Positions 18,303-25,849 of a DNA stretch of 64,000 bases are shown piece after piece. Position 1 is the first letter of the stretch. Every line of letters starts with the position of its first letter. The notes under the pieces were generated by a model that searched no databases, was not told where the DNA came from, and saw nothing but the letters and a program-made list of their open reading frames with translations. A program made the position numbers and the translations under genes. The DNA is from a virus, in IMG/VR virus record IMGVR_UViG_3300042314_000177, positions 4,854-68,853 of that record. One strand, given 5' to 3'.

Positions 18303-18460
18303 TACAGCGATGCCTCCTCTTGCTAGGCGTTGTTAGAGCGGGTCGAGTGCTTTTTGCTTTTTCAGCACTCCCCGCTCGCTCTTACATAACTCAAAACGCA
18401 CATTTGTAAAAGCTAATTTTGGCAGCATTGACAACCAATACGCTGATAGCGTATTCTGTG

Positions 18461-18515
18461 CGGATTGGTACCTCCTTACCGAAACGAACTTGGGTGGCTT
18501 CGGTCACCCATTTTT
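18461..18515 (+). ncRNA. Candidate sRNA with anti-SD loop (A)
   Basis: TTGACA-N18-TATTCT promoter; TTGGTA-CCTCCT-TACCGA hairpin; terminator TGGGTGGCTTCGGTCACCCA-TTTTT. Confidence 0.65.
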
Positions 18516-18858
18516 ATTTGGTCTCACGAAGATCGTGATGTGGGAATAGCGCCTTAAAGACAGCGCGGCGCAAAGGCCAATCTCTGACAACGACTCCCTT
18601 CACATCTTCAGTCACCAGCATACCGTTTTCGACATATTCGAAATCAGATTTATAGCCAACGCGCCTGCCATTGGAATGTTTAAGCTGGCGTCCATTGATG
18701 ACGAACCAGTATTGCGGGTGGATCATCAGGTCACTTATCTCTCCAGCAGCTTCCAATGCGTGCAGTTCATTGCAGCGCATAGCCTCACGTTTGCTGTCAT
18801 GTGTATGACCAGCCCTGCACTGCGATTTGACAGCACGATACTTTCCGAAACGTTTCAT
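18514..18858 (-). CDS. DUF1064-like PD-(D/E)XK nuclease
   Basis: KYRAVK...DSKREA...YKSDFEY...EDVKG. Confidence 0.8.
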   Translation of the reverse strand: MKRFGKYRAVKSQCRAGHTHDSKREAMRCNELHALEAAGEISDLMIHPQYWFVINGRQLKHSNGRRVGYKSDFEYVENGMLVTEDVKGVVVRDWPLRRAVFKALFPHHDLRETK

Positions 18859-19067
18859 GCGTTAAGTTTCTGCTCTATTAGGCGATCGAGTGCGTCATTG
18901 GCTGCAATCCATGCGCCTAGCTGTGGTTCAGTGCGTCCACTTTTCCAATTCGACAGCGTGACGCGGGTGATGCCAGCCTCAATTGCTATCTTGCAAGCCC
19001 TGATTTTATGCGTCCTGGCATAGCTAAAAAAGTTCGCAATTTCGTTTTGTACCTGGTTCATATTCAA
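18855..19067 (-). CDS. Cro/XRE-like HTH regulator
   Basis: IAIEAGITRVTLSNWKSGRTEP; first gene of the leftward operon; start uncertain. Confidence 0.75.
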   Translation of the reverse strand: MNMNQVQNEIANFFSYARTHKIRACKIAIEAGITRVTLSNWKSGRTEPQLGAWIAANDALDRLIEQKLNA

Positions 19068-19152
19068 CTTTCTTTGGGTTGTGGATAAAAAGAGCTTTTA
19101 ATCTTCTGAAAATTAGTTACAAGGGGTTTGGCAAATAAAAGGAGATACCGCA

Positions 19153-19713
19153 ATGCCAGTACATAAAAAGATTAACGAAGCGCGGATTGCTTTCCACGCA
19201 TTACCTCTAAAAAAGTCCGGCCATAATACGTTTGCTGGATATAAATATTTTGAGCTTTCAGACTTTGTGATTCCAGCCCTTCGCATTTTTAACGATGTCG
19301 GATTGTGCGCGATCATAAGCTTTTCAGAATCCACAGCGTCGATGCACATTGTCGATGTCGAGGATGGAACTCAGGTGATTATTCACAGCCCAATGGGATC
19401 AGCCAATCTTAAAGGCTGTCACGAGATACAGAACATTGGTGCTTGTGAGACTTACTCCACCCGCTATCTCTGGACAGCAGCCCTTTGCATTGTCGAGCAT
19501 GACGCACTGGATGCTACCACAGGCAAGATCGAACCAGCACCACGCGAAAAGTTTATCAGCGATAAGCAGTTTGCTGAATTGCAAGCCTTGGTAGACGAAA
19601 CCAAAACAGACATGGCTCTGCTCTGCAAGCATTACAAAATCAGCGCACTCAAGGAATTGCAGGAAATCCGCTTCGATGCGGTTAAGGCTGCATTAGAAAA
19701 GAAGCTGAAATGA
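19153..19713 (+). CDS. ERF-family ssDNA annealing protein
   Basis: KKSGHNTFAGYKYFELSDF...QNIGACETYSTRY. Confidence 0.85.
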   Translation: MPVHKKINEARIAFHALPLKKSGHNTFAGYKYFELSDFVIPALRIFNDVGLCAIISFSESTASMHIVDVEDGTQVIIHSPMGSANLKGCHEIQNIGACETYSTRYLWTAALCIVEHDALDATTGKIEPAPREKFISDKQFAELQALVDETKTDMALLCKHYKISALKELQEIRFDAVKAALEKKLK

Positions 19714-20345
19714 CGGACGCAGCTATTATACAACGCAGTCCCGAATGGTATGCAGCACGTTGTGGAAGCCTTGGCGCTTCCCAACTTGCAGACGCCCTAG
19801 CCAAGACCAAATCAGGCTGGGGAGCATCACGCGCCAACCTTCGCGCAACCCTTGTGGTCGAAAGGCTCACAGGCCAGCAAGAAGAAGGATTTATTCGCAG
19901 TGCAGCAATGCAATGGGGAGTAGACAAGGAAGAAGAAGCTAGAATCGCCTACAGCTTCATTACAGGCCATGATGTGACTGAGGTAGGGTTATATAAGCAT
20001 CCTACCATTATAGGCACTCACGCCAGCCCTGACGGGCTTGTGGGCGATGATGGCTGCATAGAGATTAAATGCCCAAACTCTGCCACACACATAGAAGTGC
20101 TCAAAACTAATCAAATCGCGCACAAATATATACTACAGATGCAATGGCAGATGGCTTGCGCCGATCGTCAATGGTGCGATTTCGTAAGCTTCGATCCACG
20201 AATGCCAGACCATCTAATGCTTTACATTGCGCGGGTGCAGCGCGACAACGATATGCTGGCGACTTTGGAATCAGAGGTTGCCGCATTTCTGGCAGAAGTT
20301 GACAAAGACGTAGAAGCATTATCAGAGCTAGGAATCCCATCATGA
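19710..20345 (+). CDS. YqaJ/lambda-type exonuclease
   Basis: QRSPEW..ARCG, ASPDGLVG, IEIKCP, QMQWQM. Confidence 0.92.
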   Translation: MTDAAIIQRSPEWYAARCGSLGASQLADALAKTKSGWGASRANLRATLVVERLTGQQEEGFIRSAAMQWGVDKEEEARIAYSFITGHDVTEVGLYKHPTIIGTHASPDGLVGDDGCIEIKCPNSATHIEVLKTNQIAHKYILQMQWQMACADRQWCDFVSFDPRMPDHLMLYIARVQRDNDMLATLESEVAAFLAEVDKDVEALSELGIPS

Positions 20346-20563
20346 CACAGAACGAAAGAGTTTTCGATCACTTGCTTACTGTTGGGCCAATCCGTCCAAT
20401 GACAGCATTGAATGACCTTGGCATCTATCGCCTAGCCTCAAGGATTAATGATCTGCGAAAGGCTGGGCATAAGATTAAAACCAAAAAGGTTGAGGTGGTC
20501 AATCGCTGGGGCGAATCATCTTACATTGCTGAGTATAGCCTGGAACTTGAAGATGCTGCCTAA
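20342..20563 (+). CDS. Winged-HTH protein
   Basis: GIYRLASRINDLRKAGHKI. Confidence 0.75.
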   Translation: MTQNERVFDHLLTVGPIRPMTALNDLGIYRLASRINDLRKAGHKIKTKKVEVVNRWGESSYIAEYSLELEDAA

Positions 20564-20885
20564 TCGCATTGCCAAGAGGCAAAAGCGTTCATCGCGCTGG
20601 CGCTCACAAGGCCACCTGAATTTCATTCGATCGTTCCATTGCTCGATTAATGGTTGCCAGGATATGCCGATCGAGTGCGCTCACGTTCGCAATGGTAGCG
20701 GCGCAGGAATGGGGCAGAAGCCAGATGATTGGCGGGTTGTTCCATTATGCCGCGAGCATCATAATCAGCAACACACAGTTGGTGAGCAGACGTTCTGGAA
20801 AGGCATTGACGTAGAAGCTTTGATTGAAGCATTTTGCAAAGCCAGCCCAAAGGCGCGTGAGATTAAAGAGGCTCAAGACAAGTGA
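20553..20885 (+). CDS. DUF968/HNH-like Zn-binding nuclease
   Basis: HLNFIRSFHC...AHVR...GMGQKPDD..VPLCREHH. Confidence 0.75.
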   Translation: MLPNRIAKRQKRSSRWRSQGHLNFIRSFHCSINGCQDMPIECAHVRNGSGAGMGQKPDDWRVVPLCREHHNQQHTVGEQTFWKGIDVEALIEAFCKASPKAREIKEAQDK

Positions 20886-21280
20886 CGCAAACAGTTTGGC
20901 TTCGCGGTGAATATCAAAGACGATTGGCTCACCAGTTGATTGACAAAGCGCCGCAAGACGCAGTTGTTAAGATTAGCCAAGCCAAGCGATCCGATGATCA
21001 GAATGCAAAGATGTGGGCCATGCTGTCAGACATTAGTCGATCAGCACCAGAAGAAAGGCGTCACATACCAGAAGTTTGGAAGTGTATTTTTATGGCAGCA
21101 TTAGGGCATGAAGTGATGTTCACAATGGGCCTAAACGACCAGCCTTTCCCAATAGGCTTTAAAACATCAAAGCTAACTAAGGCCCAGATGTCAGATTTAA
21201 TTGAGTTTGTGTATTCGTATGGGGCGCAACACAACGTAAAATGGAGTGAAGAAAATGCAGAATATTATAATATCAGGTAA
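20882..21280 (+). CDS. ninB: NinB-family recombination protein
   Basis: RSDDQNAKMWAMLSDIS...TSKLTKAQMSDLIE. Confidence 0.8.
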   Translation: MTQTVWLRGEYQRRLAHQLIDKAPQDAVVKISQAKRSDDQNAKMWAMLSDISRSAPEERRHIPEVWKCIFMAALGHEVMFTMGLNDQPFPIGFKTSKLTKAQMSDLIEFVYSYGAQHNVKWSEENAEYYNIR

Positions 21281-21626
21281 CGTAGGCAAAGACGCAGAGC
21301 TTCGCACAGTGCGCGACAGCCAGGTTCTTAGCTTCAACGTAGGCGTCAAGAACGGATTCGGTAAAGATGCTGGCAGCGTTTGGTATCGGTGCAGCTTATG
21401 GGGCAAGGCAGCGGAAGTGTTTGCTGGCAGTCTAAAGAAAGGCACTAAGGTCTTTGTATCTGGTGAGCTTACGCATGACGAATACGAAGGCAAGTCACAG
21501 TTCAATGTGCGCGTTGGAAGCATTGATACAGCGCCGCGATCGGAAGCTGGCGGAAGCAGCACCACTGCCGATACTAGCGTCACATGGGATAACGTAAAGG
21601 ACTTGGATGATGATGTCCCATTCTGA
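21255..21626 (+). CDS. ssb: Single-stranded DNA-binding protein
   Basis: OB-fold pattern and DDDVPF tail. Confidence 0.93.
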   Translation: MQNIIISGNVGKDAELRTVRDSQVLSFNVGVKNGFGKDAGSVWYRCSLWGKAAEVFAGSLKKGTKVFVSGELTHDEYEGKSQFNVRVGSIDTAPRSEAGGSSTTADTSVTWDNVKDLDDDVPF

Positions 21627-21858
21627 AGAACCTACCAAAACACGCAATGAACTGCCGACACGCACTAGGAATATTCCTCCACCGTCTGAATATCTGGAGC
21701 ATCGCTATAGGCAGAGCAACCAGGCGATCGTGGATTCATCCAAAGCATTGTTGAAGGCGCAGTTAAAGGCTGGGCATCATACGCTAACGCCCGAAAGCTA
21801 CAAGGCGATCGTCAGGAAATACGACTGGCAGTTCTGCTTACATCCTACATTATTCTAA
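21607..21858 (+). CDS. Hypothetical protein
   Basis: KTRNELP..RNIPPPS conserved at 56724-56957. Confidence 0.65.
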   Translation: MMMSHSEEPTKTRNELPTRTRNIPPPSEYLEHRYRQSNQAIVDSSKALLKAQLKAGHHTLTPESYKAIVRKYDWQFCLHPTLF

Positions 21859-21862
21859 GCCA

Positions 21863-21899
21863 AATGGCGGGCGGCAATGAGCTTCCCGCCATTATTTTT
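21863..21899 (+). terminator. Intrinsic terminator of the recombination operon
   Basis: AATGGCGGG...CCCGCCATT plus T tract; conserved in B. Confidence 0.75.
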
Positions 21900-21909
21900 G
21901 TCTGTTATG

Positions 21910-21993
21910 AAAAAAGTGCTTTACACATTAAAAGGCCCTTTTTATAAGAGGGCATCAACCCAGGGGCCATGCCCCGCCAATACGGAGGAAGTT
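21910..21993 (+). promoter_or_regulatory. Repeated promoter-hairpin-RBS module
   Basis: AAAAAAGTGC-TTTACA-N17-TATAAG, GGGGCCATGCCCC hairpin, GGAGG. Confidence 0.7.
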
Positions 21994-22179
21994 ATGATAA
22001 CTGATAATCTAACCGAAGAAGAACGGGTTCAGCGCCGCATAGAATTTTACAGGGAAGTCTCAAAAGGACTTGCTGAAACGCTCAAGGCATATCCGCTGCA
22101 AGAGGATGTATATACACCGCATCCAGATGATTACGATGGCGGACGCTTTGATTATCTAACTTCACGAGGTGTAAAATGA
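21994..22179 (+). CDS. Hypothetical protein
   Basis: GGAGG RBS; C-terminal PDDYDGGRFDYLTSRGV shared with 57092-57382. Confidence 0.65.
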   Translation: MITDNLTEEERVQRRIEFYREVSKGLAETLKAYPLQEDVYTPHPDDYDGGRFDYLTSRGVK

Positions 22180-22266
22180 CCAAGATGACAAAGACTCAAT
22201 TCTGGCTGGCTGTAATATGGTTTGCTGCAATGATAACAATGTTTGCAACGGAGAGGACATTTTAAG

Positions 22267-22455
22267 ATGACATTGATCGAACTTAGAAACATCGTCGCGG
22301 ATCATGTTCAAATGATGCACGGCAACCCAGAATTTATCCGCCAGATTAGAGATGGTGAGCAGGATGATGGCCCATTCATAACAGGCGCTTTAGCGATCTG
22401 GGCAAAGTTCATGGAAGGCTTGCAACCAGCACCAGAGGTATTGGCAGATGATTAA
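22267..22455 (+). CDS. Hypothetical protein
   Basis: Nearly identical to 57475-57663. Confidence 0.7.
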   Translation: MTLIELRNIVADHVQMMHGNPEFIRQIRDGEQDDGPFITGALAIWAKFMEGLQPAPEVLADD

Positions 22456-22585
22456 GGCAGCACAAGCAGCGCCTTTAGGCAAGACGTATCGCGTATCTTC
22501 TGAGAACGCATGGCCCCTTAGAGGATTAGACGGAAAGACATTTGCAGAGCGCCGTGCAGAGCGTGAGAAGGAGCAAAGCAAATGA
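22448..22585 (+). CDS. 45-aa hypothetical protein (not in ORF track)
   Basis: MIKAAQAAPLGKTYRVSSENAWPLRGLDGKTFAERRAERE; conserved in B. Confidence 0.6.
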   Translation: MIKAAQAAPLGKTYRVSSENAWPLRGLDGKTFAERRAEREKEQSK

Positions 22586-22661
22586 AACGCTATATAATCA
22601 GCAAGGGAAAGGCGTTCAGGATTCGCACTGTGGAAGGCGTCACGTTTATAACTAGATTAGT

Positions 22662-23840
22662 CTAGTCTGCCTCAAGCATTTCTGTGGTTATCATAACCCT
22701 GCCTACAGCACCATACTTTTTATGGTACGTTATTGCCCAGGCTGCTCGATCAGCAATCCAGCCACCACGCGCAGCATAAGCGTCACGCGCTGCCAAGGTT
22801 GGATGCTGAACCACAGTTACGCCGTTATATTCTTTCTCGTCCCTGTGATGGCGATGTCCGCAGTGTATTTCGCGCCTGCTAGTCCTGCCCCATTGCTGCG
22901 GGAACTGTGCCGCAAACAGAAGCGGTAGGCTCTCGTTCTTAACTTTATGACCATGATGGATTCCCAACATAGTGCTGCCCCATTCAAATACATAGAATGG
23001 CAGGACGCTATCGTTGACAGTGACGCGAGGTTCTTCTTCGTAATGCACCGAAAACAAATCAGCCAGCCAGCCGCTTGCTTCTTCGTCGTGATTGCCTTCC
23101 GCTATAATCAGATGCACTTCCTGATGGCGCAGCAAAGACATTGTTACCAGCGATCGAATGACGCGGATTGCAGACTTGCGTATCTTAGGGAAACGGCTGT
23201 CAGCATCCAGAACGTGCTTTGAAGCTGGTGTTACTGGTGTCTTGCCATCCGTATGCAGAAAGTCGCCCTGGATGTTAATAACTGCCGTGTGAGCCTTTGG
23301 GCTTTGTTCTATCATTTGTTGCAGTGCAGCAATGATGGTGCGCTCTGCGATAGATATGTTCCAATCGCTTCCACCCTCTTGATGCCATGCCAGCATTCCA
23401 AGGTGGTAATCAGTGAACGTATAAAGGTTGCACAGATGCTCCTCAGAAGCCGCTGGAGCAACGATTGATACCACAGGCGGTATCTCGTCCTTAAAGCCCT
23501 CAACTGCCTCTCTCATGGCGTCCACAAGAGCCTCATGGCTTAGTGACGCTTTAACCCATTGACCAGATGGTTTGCCTTCAGCGTTGTAGTAGGTGCTGAC
23601 GCCCTTAGCTACATAGCCATCAGGAACAGGTCGAGTGAAGTCATGCTCAGGCGAATAGCCGAACTTTGCAGCCTTGCGCTTCACAGCAAGATAAGTCTCG
23701 CTTGCGCCGCCAATGTTCATGCCTAATTCAGTGGCCGCTGCCCTGGCACTTCCAAGGCGCTCTATGGCCTCAAGAATTTGCTTTTGACGAGGCGTGCAAT
23801 ACCTGTACAGGTTTTCGTCTATCGTTATGATGGATGGCAT
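22662..23840 (-). CDS. HTH plus calcineurin-like metallophosphoesterase
   Basis: TDYHLG, GDFLH, GNHD, HHGH, GHRHH motifs. Confidence 0.85.
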   Translation of the reverse strand: MPSIITIDENLYRYCTPRQKQILEAIERLGSARAAATELGMNIGGASETYLAVKRKAAKFGYSPEHDFTRPVPDGYVAKGVSTYYNAEGKPSGQWVKASLSHEALVDAMREAVEGFKDEIPPVVSIVAPAASEEHLCNLYTFTDYHLGMLAWHQEGGSDWNISIAERTIIAALQQMIEQSPKAHTAVINIQGDFLHTDGKTPVTPASKHVLDADSRFPKIRKSAIRVIRSLVTMSLLRHQEVHLIIAEGNHDEEASGWLADLFSVHYEEEPRVTVNDSVLPFYVFEWGSTMLGIHHGHKVKNESLPLLFAAQFPQQWGRTSRREIHCGHRHHRDEKEYNGVTVVQHPTLAARDAYAARGGWIADRAAWAITYHKKYGAVGRVMITTEMLEAD

Positions 23841-24065
23841 TTACTTGCCTTTCGGACAATCGTCCTCACATAAACATACAAAGACGCTGTTATGCGCCTC
23901 TATTTCTGTGACAGTTTCTGATGAATCTTTTGTTGCATCGTAACTTATGGGTTTCGCAATAGCACAATAGCTATTTACGGGAACGGTCGAAACGGTCGCG
24001 CAGCCGCTCAGTGCGCTCAGGATCAGGAGTAATAATGGCGGCTTCACCCAGTGCAATTTGCTCAT
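23841..24065 (-). CDS. o-spanin (Rz1-like lipoprotein)
   Basis: Lipobox LSGC; overlaps the i-spanin in another frame. Confidence 0.75.
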   Translation of the reverse strand: MSKLHWVKPPLLLLILSALSGCATVSTVPVNSYCAIAKPISYDATKDSSETVTEIEAHNSVFVCLCEDDCPKGK

Positions 24066-24183
24066 TGATGGCCTCATTTATTTCTTTGATTGTTTCCTGA
24101 CGCCCTTGCCGCTTCCAACGATGCTCTGCCCAAACTCCCAACAGCTTGTCCAGAACACCCAGCAAGAGCATCAGGAACTTCAT
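23971..24183 (-). CDS. i-spanin (Rz-like)
   Basis: N-terminal hydrophobic segment plus helical domain; follows the holin. Confidence 0.7.
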   Translation of the reverse strand: MKFLMLLLGVLDKLLGVWAEHRWKRQGRQETIKEINEAINEQIALGEAAIITPDPERTERLRDRFDRSRK

Positions 24184-24365
24184 TACTCTGCGGACTCAGC
24201 TACAGGTTGCTTGCTGAAAACAGACCAAACAGCAACGCCAATGGTAGCTACGGCAGCAGCCAACGCATCAACCGTTGCGCCGTCGATAAGGCCTTTTCCT
24301 GCCAGATAGCCAAAGCCAGCCGCAGCCACTGTACGAACGATTCCAAACAATTGTTCCTTCTTCAT
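24183..24365 (-). CDS. Holin (two TM segments)
   Basis: MKKEQLFGIVRTVAAAGFGYLAGKG...; AAGGA RBS; lysis cassette. Confidence 0.7.
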   Translation of the reverse strand: MKKEQLFGIVRTVAAAGFGYLAGKGLIDGATVDALAAAVATIGVAVWSVFSKQPVAESAE

Positions 24366-24410
24366 GTCATTTTCCTTTACAGTATTGTGGGGAACGTCTA
24401 TTACGTAGTT

Positions 24411-24962
24411 ATGACGCACCGCACTTGTTTTCGCTGCACCCGTTCCTTGGAAGCTACTCCAGGGAATTTCCACCGCGAGAAATCACGCCCATTGGGTTTA
24501 TCATATGAATGCAAGGAATGCCATAGCGAGCGTAAGAAAGGTCGTGACCGCCGCAAAGAGCGCTGGGGTGCACTAACTCCAGAACAAAAAGTATTACGCA
24601 AAGCTAGAATGTTGCGGTATGGACGGACACAACGCGGACGCGCCACATATTTGCGGAACGCATACCAACGTATTGATGAATGCGATTTAACATCATTAGA
24701 GATACTAGAGTTTATAACGCAGCCCTGCGTGTACTGCGGAACTGTTACCGACAACAGGGGGCTGGATAGAATTGACAATAGCTTACCCCACATAAAAGGT
24801 AACGTTCAGACTGCTTGCACTGGCTGCAACATCATGCGCGGGGATAGGTTTACTGTCGAAGAAATGATGTTGATAGGAAAGACAGTCTCCGAAATTCATA
24901 AGACTAGGAATAAGACGCCCTTGGCAATTCAAAGTGAGGGCCATCAGGAAACGACCGACTAA
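24411..24962 (+). CDS. Free-standing Zn-finger/HNH endonuclease, antisense in the lysis cassette
   Basis: CFRC..CKEC, CVYCG...LDRIDNSLPH..GNVQTACTGCN. Confidence 0.85.
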   Translation: MTHRTCFRCTRSLEATPGNFHREKSRPLGLSYECKECHSERKKGRDRRKERWGALTPEQKVLRKARMLRYGRTQRGRATYLRNAYQRIDECDLTSLEILEFITQPCVYCGTVTDNRGLDRIDNSLPHIKGNVQTACTGCNIMRGDRFTVEEMMLIGKTVSEIHKTRNKTPLAIQSEGHQETTD

Positions 24963-25335
24963 GAATTTTAGCAGTTATAGGCCCATTTATAGCGGACAGC
25001 AATTTCCAAGTTCCGCCCCAACGTATTGGAATCTTTTCGGCTAAAGATGCTTCCCGCATAACTTCAGCTAATCTATGGTATAAAGGCCAGTCCCATGATA
25101 CTTTACCGTCAATCAGCGGCGCTAAATCAACAGCGTGTCCAGTGATGTGCCGCGAGTTCAGCGTCTTTGATGCGCCTTGTGCCAGTAACTTGCGTTGACG
25201 ATCTAGGGTGCGTAAGCCTTCCAGCACGGTAAAGTCCAAGTCAGACATCGCAGCAGCCTTCTTTACCACACGCACTAAATCGGGATGGACTCCATCTAGA
25301 CGCAATAAAGAACGACTGCCAAGGATTATGCTCAC
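24904..25335 (-). CDS. Endolysin, M15-family peptidase
   Basis: EGLRT...SRHITGHAVD...WGG.W...DGPHFE. Confidence 0.9.
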   Translation of the reverse strand: MSIILGSRSLLRLDGVHPDLVRVVKKAAAMSDLDFTVLEGLRTLDRQRKLLAQGASKTLNSRHITGHAVDLAPLIDGKVSWDWPLYHRLAEVMREASLAEKIPIRWGGTWKLLSAINGPITAKILSRSFPDGPHFELPRASYS

Positions 25336-25514
25336 ACAGCACCCTTTTGCAATATGCTTACCAGTATGCCAACCAGCAACACGATGATGGTTCCACAAGC
25401 GCCAATGCCAACGCTTTCTAGGCGCTTCATTCTGGCGCAGATGCTTTCGTATCTAAACGCACAGACTTCTTCGTGAGTGTTGAGTTGTGCTTGTGTTGCG
25501 TCAATCGTGTTCAT
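25332..25514 (-). CDS. Small membrane protein (holin/antiholin-like)
   Basis: HEEVCAFRY...C-terminal TM helix; directly upstream of the endolysin. Confidence 0.6.
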   Translation of the reverse strand: MNTIDATQAQLNTHEEVCAFRYESICARMKRLESVGIGACGTIIVLLVGILVSILQKGAV

Positions 25515-25540
25515 GTTGTCTCACTCATTTGATGCAGTGA

Positions 25541-25804
25541 TTAAGCTTCTGCTTCTGGCAGTGCGTTCTTAGCTTGCTCTGCGGCATAGGCAGCTACTAC
25601 GTCAGCAGTATGCGTTGCAGCGCATATTGCCTGAACGCGAGCATCTTCTGCGCTGTAGTCATCGCCTGGGGCAACAACGTGACGGTGGAATGTGCCGCTG
25701 ATCTGTTCGCCGTCTTCGAGGATGGCAGTCTTAGTGCGTACTTGCACGCAGCCGTTCTCAAGTACTTCGATGTTATCAACAACTACGTTTTTCTCTAAAG
25801 CCAT
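25541..25804 (-). CDS. Tail-fibre-associated small protein (A only)
   Basis: 87 aa, AGGAG RBS, follows the tail spike genes. Confidence 0.6.
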   Translation of the reverse strand: MALEKNVVVDNIEVLENGCVQVRTKTAILEDGEQISGTFHRHVVAPGDDYSAEDARVQAICAATHTADVVAAYAAEQAKNALPEAEA

Positions 25805-25849
25805 TTTTATTCTCCTGTTTCCAGACCAGCTATCCCGCTGGACATTAGG

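Noticed and set aside
21877-21993. Conserved N-terminal extensions of ORFs 21877-22179 and 57032-57382
   Set aside because: The conservation is explained by the promoter-hairpin module; real starts follow the GGAG RBS.
24090-24410. N-terminal extension of the 290-aa ORF
   Set aside because: Overlaps the holin and spanin antisense; the promoter geometry points to ATG 24411.
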